Source: Mobula hypostoma (lineage: Eukaryota). Taken from it: 64,000 nucleotides of DNA. Shown here piece after piece: positions 24,485-37,419 of this stretch. The position numbers and the translations under genes were made by a program. Positions within the stretch are counted from its first letter, which is position 1. The number at the start of each line of letters is the position of its first letter. The notes under the pieces are model-generated. The model searched no databases and was not told the origin of the DNA. It saw only the letters and a list, made by a program, of their open reading frames with translations. The DNA lies in the NCBI RefSeq assembly GCF_963921235.1, contig NC_086108.1, positions 59,212,001 to 59,276,000 of the forward strand, read 5' to 3'.

Positions 24485-27400
24485 ATTTGCAGGGGGATGG
24501 GAACCAGATTACCAGAGCTGACAGTGTGGCTGGGGTGAAAATAAATGATGTTAAATGTTCAAGCAAATCCGCTGATAGAAAGGTTGTGAGTGGTGGTAAA
24601 ATTCTTCTGAGGTGTATATATTTCAATGCTAGGAGTATTGCGGGGAAGGCGGATGCGTTGAGGGCGTGGATTGACATGTGGAATTATGACGTTATAGCAA
24701 TTAGTGAAACTTGGCTACAGGAGGGGCAGGACTGGCAGCTTAATATTCCAGGGTTCCGATGTTTCAGATGTGATCGAGGCAGAGGAATGAAAGGTGGGGG
24801 AGTAGCATTGCTTGTTAGGGAAAATATTACAGCAGTGCTCAGGCAGGACAGATTAGAGGGCTTGTCTACTGAGTCCTTATGGGTGGAGCTGAGAAACAGG
24901 AAAGGTATGGCCACATTAGTGGGATTGTATTACAGACCACCCAATAGTCAACAAGACTTGGAAGAGCAAATCTGCAGAGAGATAGCAGGCAACTGCAGGA
25001 AACATAAAGTTGTGGTGGTAGGGGATTTTAATTATCCATACATTGATTGGGACTCCCATACTGTTAGGGGTCTAGATGGTTTAGAGTTTGTAAAATGTGT
25101 TCAGGAAAGTTTTCTAAATCAATATACAGAGGGACCAACTAGTGGGGATGCAATATTGGATCTCCTGTTAGGAAACGAGTTAGGACAAGTGACGGAAGTC
25201 TGTGTAGGGGAGCACTTTGGTTCCAGTGATCATAACACCATTAGTTTCAATTTGATCATGGACAAGGATAGATCTGGTCCTAGAGTTGAGGTTCTGAACT
25301 GGAAGAAGGCCAAATTTGAAGAAATGAGAAAGGATCTAAAAAGCGTGGATTGGGACAGGTTGTTCTCTGGCAAAGATGTGATTGGTAGGTGGGAAGCCTT
25401 CAAAGGGGAAATTTTGAGAGTGCAGAGTTTGTATGTTCCTGTCAGGATTAAAGGCAAATTGAATAGGAATAAGGAACCTTGGTTCTCAAGGGAAATTGCA
25501 ACTCTGATAAAGAAGAAGAGGGAATTGTATGAAATGTATAGGGAACAGGGAGTAAATCAAGTGCTTGAGGAGTATAAGAAGTGCAAGAAAATACTTAAGA
25601 AAGAAATCAGGAGGGCTAAAAGAAGAACAACAGGAATTCTGCAGATGCTGGAAATTCAAGCAACACACATCAAAGTTGCTGGTGAACGCAGCAGGCCAGG
25701 CAGCATCTATAGGAAGAGGTGCAGTCGACGTTTCAGGCCGAGACCCTTCGTCCTGAAACGTCGACTGCACCTCTTCCTATAGATGCTGCCTGGCCTGCTG
25801 CGTTCACCAGCAACTTTGATGGGCTAAAAGAAGACATGAGGTTGCCTTGGCAGTCAAAGTGAAGGATAATCCAAAGAGCTTTTACAGGTATATTAAGAGC
25901 AAAAGGATTGTAAGGGATAAAATTGGTCCTCTTGAAGATCAGAGTGGTCGGCTATGTGCAGAACCAAAGGAAATAGGGGAGATCTTAAATAGGTTTTTTG
26001 CGTCTGTATTTAATAAGGAAACTGGCATGAAGTCTATGGAATTGAGGGAATCAAGTAGTGAGATCATGGAAACTGTACAGATTGAAAAGAAGGAGGTGCT
26101 TGCCGTCTTGAGGAAAATTAAAGTGGATAAATCCCCAGGGCCTGACAGAGTGTTCCCTCGGACCTTGAAGGAGACTAGTGTTGAAATTGCGGGGGCCCTG
26201 GCAGAAATACTTAAAATGTCGCTGTCTAGGGGTGAGGTGCTGGAGGACTGGAGAGTGGCTCATGTTGTTCCATTGTTTAAAAAAGGATCGAAAAGTAATC
26301 CGGGAATTTATAGGCCGGTGAGTTTAACGTTGGTAGTAGGTAAATTATTGGAGGGAGTACTAAGAGACAGAATCTACAAGCATTTGGATAGACAGGGACT
26401 TATTAGGGAGAGTCAACATGGCTTTGTGCGTGGTAGGTCATGTTTGACCAATCTATTGGAGTTTTTTGAGGAGGTTACCAGGAAAGTGGATGAAGGGAAG
26501 GCAGTGGATATTGTCTACATGGATTTCAGTAAGGCCTTTGACAAGGTCCCGCATGGGAGGTTAGTTAGGAAAATTCAGTCACTAGGTATACATGGAGAGG
26601 TGGTAAATTGGATTAGACATTGGCTCAATGGAAGAAGCCAAAGCGTGGTGGTAGAGAATTGCTTCTCTGAGTGGAGGCCTGTGACTAGTGGTGTGCCACA
26701 GGGATCAGTGCTGGGTCCATTGTTATTTGTCATCTATATCAATGATCTGGATGATAATGTGGTAAATTGGATCAGCAAATTTGCTGATGATACAAAGATT
26801 GGAGGTGTAGTAGACAGTGAGGAAAGTTTTCAGAGCCTGCAGAGGGACTTGGACCAGCTGGAAAAATGGGCTGAAAAATGGCAGATGGAGTTTAATACAG
26901 ACAAGTGTGAGGTATTGCACGTTGGAAGGACAAACCAAGGTAGAACACACAGGGTTAATGGTAAGGCACTGAGGAGTGCAGTGGAACAGAGGGATCTGGG
27001 AATACAGATACAAAATTCCCAAAAAGTGGCGTCACAAGTAGATAGGGTAGTAAAGAGAGCTTTTGGTACATTGGCCATTATTAATCAAAGTATTGAGTAT
27101 AAGAGCTGGAATGTTATGATGAGGTTGTATAAGGCATTGGTGAGGCCGAATCTGGAGTATTGTGTTCAGTTTTGGTCACCAAATTACAGGAAGGATATAA
27201 ATAAGGTTGAAAGAGTGCAGAGAAGGTTTACAAGGATGTTGCCGGGACTTGAGAAACTCAGTTACAGAGAAAGGTTGAATAGGTTAGGACTTTATTCCCT
27301 GGAGTGTAGAAGAATGAGGGGAGATTTGATAGAGGTATATAAAATTATGATGGGTATAGATAGAGTGAATGCAAGCAGGCTTTTTCCACTGAGGCAAGGG

Positions 27401-27622
27401 GAGAAAAAAACCAGAGGACATGGGTTAAGGGTGAGGGGGGAAAAGTTTAAAGGGAACATTAGGGGGGGCTTCTTCACACAGAGAGTGGTGGGAGTATGGA
27501 ATGAGCTGCCAGATGAGGTGGTAAATGCGGGTTCTTTATTAACATTTAAGAATAAATTGGGCAGATACATGGATGGGAGGTGTATGGAGGGATATGGTCC
27601 ATGTGCATGTCAGTGGGACTAG
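24475..27622 (+). pseudogene. CR1 ORF2 (APE endonuclease plus RT), interrupted only by the mini-PLE at 25627-25820
   Basis: YFNARS, ISETWL, YYRPP, GDFN, SDHN, then RT motifs PQGSVLGP and KFADD. Joining 25626 to 25835 restores the frame (IRRAKRR|HEVALAVKVK). Confidence 0.95.
25627..25820. mobile_element. Palindromic mini-Penelope element (194 bp), 14-bp TSD
   Basis: 69-bp perfect inverted arms (25669-25737 / 25752-25820) with a 14-nt loop. TSD GGGCTAAAAGAAGA at 25613-25626 and 25821-25834. Confidence 0.95.
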
Positions 27623-28416
27623 GCAGAAAATGGTTCGGCACAGCCAAGAAGGGCCAAAAGGCCTGTTTCTGTGCTGTAGTTTCCATGGTTTCTATGGTTT
27701 CTATGTTGGCACGTAACCCTATAGCCTTCCAATTTAGAAATTAAAAGCCATCTGAAAATACAAAATGAGAGTAAAGGGAAAGAATAATGAAGAATACATA
27801 TTTTTAAAATAAAATAGTACTGCATAGTTTTCCTAGTCACTATTACAAACAAAAAAAACAGTTTAACCACTTAATGCTGTGCAGAACAGAGGGATAATCT
27901 TTATTGCATTTTATTAGAACTCAGCAAAACATAATATTTTATCTGTAATTTTCAAAGAAAACAAGAAGATTCCTAAATATAAATCAGATGGTAGCACAAT
28001 TATCAAAGTAATTACTAGGTTCATCATATTTTAGAATGAACATTAATTCTTGCATTATATTTTGTTTAAAACAAAATAAATATGCAATAACTTAATACTG
28101 GATCAGATCTTTTTGGAAGAGTTTTCTAAAAGGTGCCCCTTTAGAAATTATTTTTCAGACTTCAGTTCAGAAATACTTAGAGCTGTGTGCTGGAAGTTAG
28201 GTACAGGAACAGTCTCTTCAGTGAATGAAAAGACCAATGTTAACTTAACTAATGGGACTTAACAGCTGAGGAATAAAAATAGGAATGGCAAGAAATAATT
28301 TCCAAAAAGGAAATGGGGAAAAAAGGTAAAGTGATAGCTTTTATTGCATTTTAGGTTTGTCCCATATCAACTTGTCAACTAACTAAAGGGAAGAGACTTG
28401 AGAATCTCAACTCAGT

Positions 28417-28601
28417 CAACACACACAAAATGCTGGAGGAACTCAGCAGACCAGGCAGCATCTATGGAAAAAAGTACAGTCAACGTTTTGGGCCGAAAAT
28501 CTTCGGAAGGGCTTTTGAGTTCCTCCAGTGTTGCTGAGTTCCTCCAGCATTTTGTGTACGTTGCTTGGATTTCCAGCATCTGTAGATTTTCTCTTGTTTT
28601 T
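28417..28601. mobile_element. Palindromic mini-Penelope element, second subfamily, 14-15-bp TSD
   Basis: acaaaatgctggaggaactcagca / tgctgagttcctccagcattttgt inverted. TSD GAATCTCAACTCAGT at 28402-28416 and 28602-28616. Confidence 0.88.
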
Positions 28602-29884
28602 GAATCTCAACTCAGTTCCTGAATTGAAGAGGTTAGCTGGAATTACAGTAATAACTCTCACACAAATGGAAAAGATATTTGTGGAAAAAGGATATTTATA
28701 CAGTTTATTCCAAAAGAGGTACGTTTAATGGGACATGTTTTTTCTAATTTAACATGGTTTTATTAAAAATGGGTGGTTAAGATTAAGGTGCTGGTAGTGT
28801 ATATGACTGAAAGCTGCTCATTGAATAGCATTTGTAGAGATATACAGCTCATACTGCAGCTCAAGCTCTTGAATTTGTTAGCTGATGCAAACATTAATAA
28901 CAGCTTTCATCATGAAACATGCTGCTATTTTTCTGGTGAGATCACTGCACTAAGAATAAGAGTAAGACTGCTTGCAAATTTAGAATCAGAAATAGGTACA
29001 AAACATAAACATGAATTTGGAACTACACTTACAGACCCATGAAGAACAAGAAAATTTTAGATTTGAACTATTCTATTCTTGATGGCTTGGTGAACCTTCA
29101 ACTGCGGTGGCAAAAGACTGACTTTACTATTCTGGTCTAGTGAGGAAAATAATTTCCATAATTTCCTCTTGATGAACTGCAGAAGTAGCTCTTAGATGAA
29201 GATAACAGTGTAGCTTACCAACAGTGTTGGATTGCAGAATCTTATTAATGGCCTCAAAACGATAGCCTTATTAGTTGTTTATGCTGATAATATAGCCTGT
29301 AGTATGCTGAAAGGGGCCACTGTTACGGGTGCAAACAGCCTTTAGTTTCATTCTGAAAGCACTTTTAAACATTCTTGGGATCTCTATTTGTTGCTTTGAG
29401 ATTTGTCAAAGCATGGAGTCTGCATCTGTTGATCATTGACAAGGGCAATCAAACACAAACATTTTTGATAAATCTTTTGTGGGACCTGGAGGAATACACT
29501 TACTTCTCTGGATATCACAAAGGGACCATGATTGATTAGCACTAGGTGCTTCCTGCTATTATCCCATGTCCTATACCATGGTACCAGCTACCACAATAAG
29601 GTGTTCAACAGCATTAATGCCCTTTAGCACTGCTCTCATCATGACTAGAACCACATTGAAACAATATCCAACAAAATTAATGCTCTTTGACATTTCACAG
29701 GTTTCCAGCCCAGTTTTCATGAGAGTGGTGCTACAAAGCTATCATCTCCATCACACCTCTGCTGGCTCATTGCCTTAAGGTGAAAGTGACTTTCTCCATT
29801 TCAGAATGCCCCATAAATATTACGTTTCAGAACTAGGAAAATATCACAGCTAGTCAAGTAGCATTTATCGAGGCAAAAGGTGTA

Positions 29885-30015
29885 GACCCCTGATGCTGGG
29901 TCTCAAACCAAAATGCTGATTTATACCTTTTACCTCTGTAGCTGCTGCTTGACACCCTGAGTTCATGAAGCATTCTGTTTTTATTTGTTCTAGATTACAA
30001 CATCAGTAGTCTCCC
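29885..30015 (+). mobile_element. Old PLE terminal fragment with decayed hammerhead
   Basis: cctgatgctgggtctcaaaccaaaatgctga..gctgcttgacaccctgagttc..cattctgttt..agattacaacatc resembles the PLE ends. Confidence 0.5.
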
Positions 30016-33000
30016 CTGACTTACTATACCAGCTTGATTCAGTACCTTCAGGAAAGGAGGCAGTGTGCAGAAATGAAGAAAGCAAGTCAGAATATCATCC
30101 TATGAATATTTACTGTCCACATTAATTCATATTCACTAATAAAGAAGGTCCAAATTCCCGTGTTTGTTTTAAGTGAGTAGTACTTATTGAAAAGCTATGA
30201 CATTTTCTGAAAGAATTTGTTCCATTTCAGATTCAAGATATTCTGTTGCTTATTAGAGTTGGAAATATTAAAAAGTACACACAAGTTTCATTAAAATGTC
30301 AAGTGGCCTGCATGTCTAATGCATTACAAATAGCAATACTGTTCAGGAAGTAATGAAATTATTCTGATTTAATAACTTCAAAATGAGTCTACATTTGAAG
30401 TGATCCTTTATCATAAGCTATTTGTTATTTCTTGGACAGTTTCCACAATATCTGTTCTGCAAAATGCAAAATAATCTTATGAATTTGCACTTCTTTTGAT
30501 TAAAGTGATTTGTCACATCATATTAATCATGAATCTTGTTTGCTGCAGCTTGTATCAGCAGTATATCCAAGGAAATGTTTTATTTAACCTGAGTAACAAA
30601 AATAATATCTTGGGTATTCATCAACTCAAAGAGAATTAACTGTGGTCACTCAGTTTATCACAACAAATCACTAGTCAAGTCAGATGACATAACCTCAGCT
30701 TCAATGAATTCTGCTCCAATTCTACAACATTTATCATATTTAATAGTAAAATATTTCAGGATTAGACTATCTCAAGTTTATTTATGTTGAAGTGAAAATG
30801 CAAATGAGTCAATGGCTGGGAGCAGTAGAAAACTGATAGTCTATTTATTTAACAGGCCGTGACGTGCTGCTGTGTCTGCTTACACTGATTATTGGAATTA
30901 CCTACACTATCAGATTCTGGATCAATGTAGACATGACACAATGAAATTAAATCCTAAACCCATATTGAAAGCTGTCTAGAAATTAGCGATATTTTGATTC
31001 TGAATCCCAATATAACACTTGATACTGAAATAACTTGCCGAACCATTGACTCCTCTATTTACATTTATGCAAGACAATATAGAAATCTTGATATTTACAA
31101 GGGTTTTAAACTCAAAATATTGGATACTATTGTTCACTGAGTGGTATGCCTGGGAAAGATGGAAGATGAAAGTTTGGACCAGCCTAGGAAACTGTGGTGG
31201 ACTTTCCCCCTATCTTGATCAATTCGAGACAATTGTACAAAGGGCAATGTAGATGTTCAAAGTTCAAAATTCATAAAGATCTGAGTAACTGCTTGTCCAC
31301 TAGGTTTTTGAGAAAAAGCAGTCCATTCTACCCATCTATTTAAATAAGTAAAACATGTGAAATAGGAGCTGGTTTGGATCTTGTGGCCCTTTCTGCCTGC
31401 TCCATGCTTAGATTATGACTCATCCAACTTAATCTTAATTTTGAGTTCCCCAAAAACCTACCTTACCAGCCTTGAATAAACTTAATGACCGTACATCCAT
31501 CGTTTGAAGTACAGAAGTACAAAGAATGACAACATTTCTTCTTTTCAATTTTATTTGGGAAACCTTTTATTTTCACACTCCTTTTTGCTTAGCTTAAGAA
31601 AAATTGCACAGTTATGAACAGAAGGTTGAAAGGAAAAGAGCCAATTCCTCTAGAAGTCTTCCTACTCAAATAGAAAATGGTGAAATGTTATTCTGTTTCC
31701 TTGTTAGAGGTATGTACAACAGTTGGAATTTGTTTCGCTATACAATGCATGAAGGATTCACTTTAAAGAAAAGTGGGTTTGGAAGACAATTGAGTTAATA
31801 TTTGTTTTTTTTTCTGCACCAGGCATAAAGTTAATACTTGAGGCAGAAATTCCGCATTGTGTATAATAGTTATTCCATTCTCACCTTGCACAGGAATAAA
31901 AAGAGGAATAAATGGTTGATTGGTTGCTAAACTATTTATTTGTTCAAGTCAGTGTGAAGATATGCAATTATTATTAACCTTATATCTTAAATCTCCCCCA
32001 TTGAGTGCACCGAGAGAAATGTGATAGGTATTTCTTTTGTTTTGATTCCGTTTCCCACCTGAGAACCAATTTATCAGCTGGCTATCTGACAAGCGGGAAA
32101 ATCGGTGGCAGCTCTCCCCTCTGAGAAGCTCCCAGAGACCCCAGCATTCATCAGCCTGGGGCAGGCTTTCGTCATGGGAAAATTGACACTCCAACACAAA
32201 GCTGTCCTCAGTCAATAGTGTGATGATTGGAGAGCAACGAAATATTCAAACTGGGCAGGTGTCTGTTGGGGGTCAAACATTACAGAGCAGGTTGCATATT
32301 GGGGATGGTGTGAGGCAATTGAAAATAGGGATAACAGCAGTATTACTTGTTGACATGTGGAAAAAAAATGCTGGTACTTTCTACAGACATTTATTCCTGC
32401 CTCCACTATAGTGACAGTGAAAACAATATGAGAATGAAACGTTCACATCATTTAAATGGCTTTCTCCAACCTCCTGCTTGGCAGCTCCACAAATTTTCTG
32501 GTCCTGCAATTGCAGCAGAATTACCTCATTGCTGGACCATCCTGGCTTACGTAATAAAAGGTTTTCAAACAGATTTGTAATTAAAGCATAAAGCTATTTA
32601 TTCCATCTTGCCTTTGTTGTACAGTAAATAATGACTGCTTTATTAGATAAAAGAAAACAAGGATTTGTATCTTGTTAGAATAATTCAATCTAAAGAATAT
32701 CCTAATGTACTTTACCACCAAATCATTGCCAGGGATCACAGACACAAAATCAGGACTCAGATGAGAAGAGATTTCTTCACGCAGAGGGTAATGAATCCTT
32801 GAAATTCGCTTCCCAGGAGGGTTGTGAAGGATTAGTTGCTGGAATTCAATCAGCATATATATCAATAGAATTTTAGAGATTAAATCAAGGAGCAGAGGAC
32901 TTGTTCAGGAAAGAGACACTGAGATAAAAGGTCAGCTACTATCATAGTGAAAAGTGGAGTAAGAATGAGATTCTAAATAACATTGTCTTTCTGCAAATTC

Positions 33001-33029
33001 TTATATTCTTTCACAAGTATCTAGAGTAA

Positions 33030-33280
33030 CATAACTATGCACAACAAGATCCCACAAAGAAAATATGTCTGAATACATTTCTTCTTGATGGTATAGAAAC
33101 CAGGAAATATCTCCCACCCATAATAAAAGGTAAATTGGGATTGTTTTTACATGAGGGAAGGTGAGGCATCTTCACCACGTCCAACTGACAATAAATTTGA
33201 CAACACAACATTCCTTCAGTCTGTTTGAAATATAAATTGTGTTTAAAATTTAACTTACCATGAATCAGTGTGCATGATAA
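33030..33280 (-). mobile_element. Ancient DeuSINE-like relic
   Basis: Minus strand tttgtgggatcttgttgtgca and gactgaaggaatgttgtgttgtcaaa resemble DeuSINE segments (from recall, not aligned). A similar relic may lie at ~43190-43415 (+). Confidence 0.35.
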
Positions 33281-34567
33281 CAACGCTTCTATTTAAAAAA
33301 AATAACAGAATGCCTCTGTTTTTAAAAATAATATATCCTCAGGCTGACCAAGAGCATTGCAACTACTTAGGCCTGAAAATGGGATTCTACTAGCAAAATG
33401 CAAACCACTTTATTAATGTGAAGGACAAAATTGGTGCATGGTTATGTTTCTGCTATACAAGAAAGTGTTATCTAGCCATGCCACAACTTAGCCCTAGAAT
33501 TGTATTTCATTTTCTGGAGTGTTTTGGCAAATGAACTATTCCCTTTCTCTGTTTTCTCATTTCTTTAATGTATGTAGAAAGTGGTTTGATTTGATTTAGA
33601 TAATTTATTAGCATAATTGCTCAGTTTGTAAATTCAATCCATATGCATCAGGTCCCATTTTAATTCACTACATAATGAACAACATCACTGTTGCTCATTT
33701 ATAAATACCATGCATTGATCACAAGCAGTAATATTTTTGCGTGATTTTCTGTAGACATTTGTAATGAATACCATTGTTCAACAGATTATGACATTATCTT
33801 TTGTGGTTAACTATGAAGGAATAGCATTTAGGCTCATTATGTTGACAATTTTCCACAGAATATTCATGTGTATTTGGGCAGCGATTAATGACTCTTAGAG
33901 ATTACTGGCATGGTATTTAAATGTGCATTCTCATATATGGATAAGAGCATTCTATATCTACCTCTGAATTCCCTGAAAGGAGGGATACAAGCAACAGCAG
34001 AGCAACTGGGAGAGAATTTTCCACCACATTCTGTTGGAGTTATGCCACCTCACTATTGTAACTACAATAAAAAATCTAGACCATAATATTTAAGCAACTG
34101 TTAGAAGCAGATTGAATTAATAGATCTGTGAAACGTTCTTAGCCAAAATATTCCAGGCACTAACAATGTGTTTCTTCAGTTGGCATGAACTTAGAGCGTA
34201 AAACTGTCCATAATTTAATGCTAATTAGGACTACAGTGGCAGTCTCACTTGGAGATGATAGAAGGATGGTTGGAAAAGGAAACCTAAATGATGCGCACCA
34301 GTAAAGCTTTTACATTTGTGTTTGTGGCATGCTGTTGGCATCGTTTGAGGAAATCAGTGTCTGCATCTATTAAATTAATTCAATTCTGCTACATAACCAT
34401 GTTTAGTGTAGTGCTATTGGTGCCATTGTATACATTCAACCTATAATTTAAATATTTTGAATATCCTATCTGTGAGCAAACCATGAGACTGAAATTTAAA
34501 CTGTCGGTGTAACAATCCATTATTAGTAATACAACCTCTGTTATAAAAGATGTGGTTGTAATCTCAG

Positions 34568-34572
<5 letters not shown>

Positions 34573-34612
<40 letters not shown>
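34573..34612 (+). repeat. (AG)20 microsatellite followed by a G-rich tract
   Basis: Directly visible, and continues as GGGGTGGG(GAGG)n. Confidence 0.98.
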
Positions 34613-34615
<3 letters not shown>

Positions 34616-35029
34616 GTGGGGAGGGAGGGAGGGAGAGACTCCAAACTGTGACTTTTTATTACATTTCTAAGCTGATCACTACTTAAGGAAGTTAAAAATA
34701 CAAATGTGACTTCATAATTAATTTAGTAGTGGAAAGGGAAGAGAGATACTGCTTTGTGGTCACAGCATTTGTCCATGATGTATTAAACAATTAACATTGT
34801 TTTTTATTTCCTCATGAGAGGCAGGCTGGCTGTATAACTTTGTGGAAGCTAAAGACCTCGGGCTGTGAGGATTCAGAGTCAATCCGTCAAGAGGAGGAGT
34901 TGCACTGGACGAGTAGGTTGAGGAACATTTTTGGTGCGGGGCGGTAAGAAGGGAAGTGTTGGAGGAGGGGTGGATCTGAAAGGTTGGCATGAGTGGCGTC
35001 TTGCACTAAATGAGCCTTAGCTTTGCAAA

Positions 35030-36770
35030 CGTCTGTTTTGCCTCCATATTTTGACTGAAGAAATATGAAGGCAACTTCACTAACTCCCACAGTCCCTGAT
35101 GACCCTGTGCTTTCAGTCTCTGAGGCAGTTATGAGAGCATTCTACAGGAACTGAACCCATGGAAAGTATCTGGCCTAGACGGGGTACCTGGCTGAGAATA
35201 AAGACCTGTGCTGAACCACTGGCTGGCGTGTTCACTGATATCTTTAACCTCTCACTTCAGCAATCTGTGGTGCCCACATGCTTCACGCAGGCTTCAGTTA
35301 CACCAGTGCCTAAGAAGAGCATGGTAACTTGCCTCAATGATTATCATCCAGTAGCACTTACATCCACTATGAAGTGCTTTGAGAGGTTGGTGATATCAGC
35401 TCCTGCCTAAGAAGCACTTTAGATCTGCTCCAATTTACCCACTGTCATAACAGTTCAACAGCAGATGTCATTTCATTGGCTCTTCAAGCAGCCCTGAAAC
35501 ATCTGGAAGAGGCATACATCAGGATGTTTTTCATTAACTACAGGTCAGCATTCAGTATTATTATTCCATCAGAGGAAATCAATAAGCTTCATGTGCTAGG
35601 TGGCAGTCCCTCCTTGTGCAACTGCATCCTCAATTTTCCCACTTGCAGACCCCAGTCAGTTCCAATTGCCTACAACGCCTCATCCACAATGTTCAGCAGC
35701 ACAGGTGCACCACAGTGCTGTGTGCTTACCCCGACATCCCTCACCCCCGCTGCTCTACTGACTTTATAATTAAAAGGTTTTATAACAGCTCCGATGCTGA
35801 TGACACCACTGTGTTTAGCGGAATCAAAGGTGGTGACGAATCAGCATATTGGACGGAGATTGAAATTCTGGCTGGGTGATGCAACAACAACAACCTCTCA
35901 CTCAATGCCTGAAAGAACAAGGAGCTGATTATTGACTTCAGGAGGAGGAAACTGGAGGTCCCCTCATCGTGGGATCAGAGGTGGAGAGGGACAGCAACTT
36001 GAAATTCCTCGGTGTTATCACTTCTGATGATCTGTCCTGAGTCCAGCGTGTAAGTGCCGTTACAATGAAAGCTCAGCAATGCCTCTGCTTTCTTAGAAGT
36101 TTGCAAAGATTCTGCATGTCATTTAAAACTCTGACAAATTTTTATAGATGTCTGGTTGAGAGTATATTGATTGGTTGCATCATGGCCTAGTATGGAAACA
36201 CCAGTGCTCTTGAATGGAGAATTCTATTAAAAGTAGTGGATATGGCCCAGTCTGTGATGGGTAAAGCCCTTACCACTATTGAGCTTATCTACACAGACTG
36301 CTGTTGCAAGAAAGCAGCGTCCATCGTTAAGGACTGCCATCATTCAGCCCATGCTCTCTTCTCAATGCTGCAATTAGGAATGTGGCACAGGAGCCTCAGG
36401 CCCCACACCATCAAGTTCAGTAACAGTTGTGACCCATCAACCACGAGGTTCTTGAACCAGCGGGGATAACTTCAGTCACCCTATCACTGAACTGTTCCCA
36501 TAACCTATGAACTCGCTTTCAAGGACTCTACATCTCATGTTCTCAATATTTGCTTATTTATTTATTATTATTATTGATTCTTTTTTTTCTTTTTGTATTT
36601 GCAGTTTGTTGGCTTTGGCAGAATGTTTGTCTGTCCTGCTGGGTGTGGTCTTTCATTGATTTTGTGGTGTGTGTTGTATTTACCATGATTGCCCACGAGA
36701 AAATGAATCTAGGGTTTGTATATGGTGACATAGATGTACTTTGATAATAAATTTACTTTAAATTTGGATT
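35030..36770 (+). mobile_element. Rex1/Babar LINE, decayed 3' 1.7 kb
   Basis: [67 protein letters not shown], and a tail ataataaatttactt. Confidence 0.9.
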
Positions 36771-37419
36771 TGTGGACCCTATAATAATTTAAAAAAATAT
36801 TCTTCTAACATTACCATAAGAGTGAATGAGCAGTTAATTACTTGAAATGCTCCAAGGACAAGTTTCATTTGACATAGTTCTGATCTTTAGCTGCCTAATT
36901 ATTAATGATACAATATTTGTATAGAAAGCTTCATTATGAACTGGTAGTTTGCAGAAAGACTTCTTTTACATCTATTAGCGACATGTTAATATTGGCTGGA
37001 TGTGATCTGACAGTCTATTGAAAAGGTGGATTCTAAAGGCAGAGCTATACAAGGGTAGAAATCTAAATTAATATAGAGTGTGATTGTTAAATTTCCTGTC
37101 GAAGAGAAAATTCAAATTGATGAAATGGAAGTGGTAAAGAACAAAGATAAATTGTTTAGAAAAGCTTCAAAGCAGAATTGATTATGCAGTTTGGATGGAA
37201 TTGCTGCATTTATAGTACACAATATTCCACAACTGGGCAACATTTCAAAAATGAGGGCTAGATTGGAATTTACTGCAGAGCTCCTTGCAGATTGCTTTGT
37301 GCTGGTGAGTACATTGGGGTCACTAGTGAATGTAATTTGTAAAAATGATACTTATTCTATTTAGTAGACTATATATTGTAAAAAAATGAGTTTATTGATT
37401 ATACTCGCTTATAAATAGA

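Larger units (their letters stand above)
23826..27705 (+). mobile_element. Young CR1 LINE, family A, 5'-truncated
   Basis: Esterase ORF1, APE-RT ORF2, 3' UTR and an 8-bp tail repeat (TTTCTATGG-type) ending at 27705. Confidence 0.97.
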
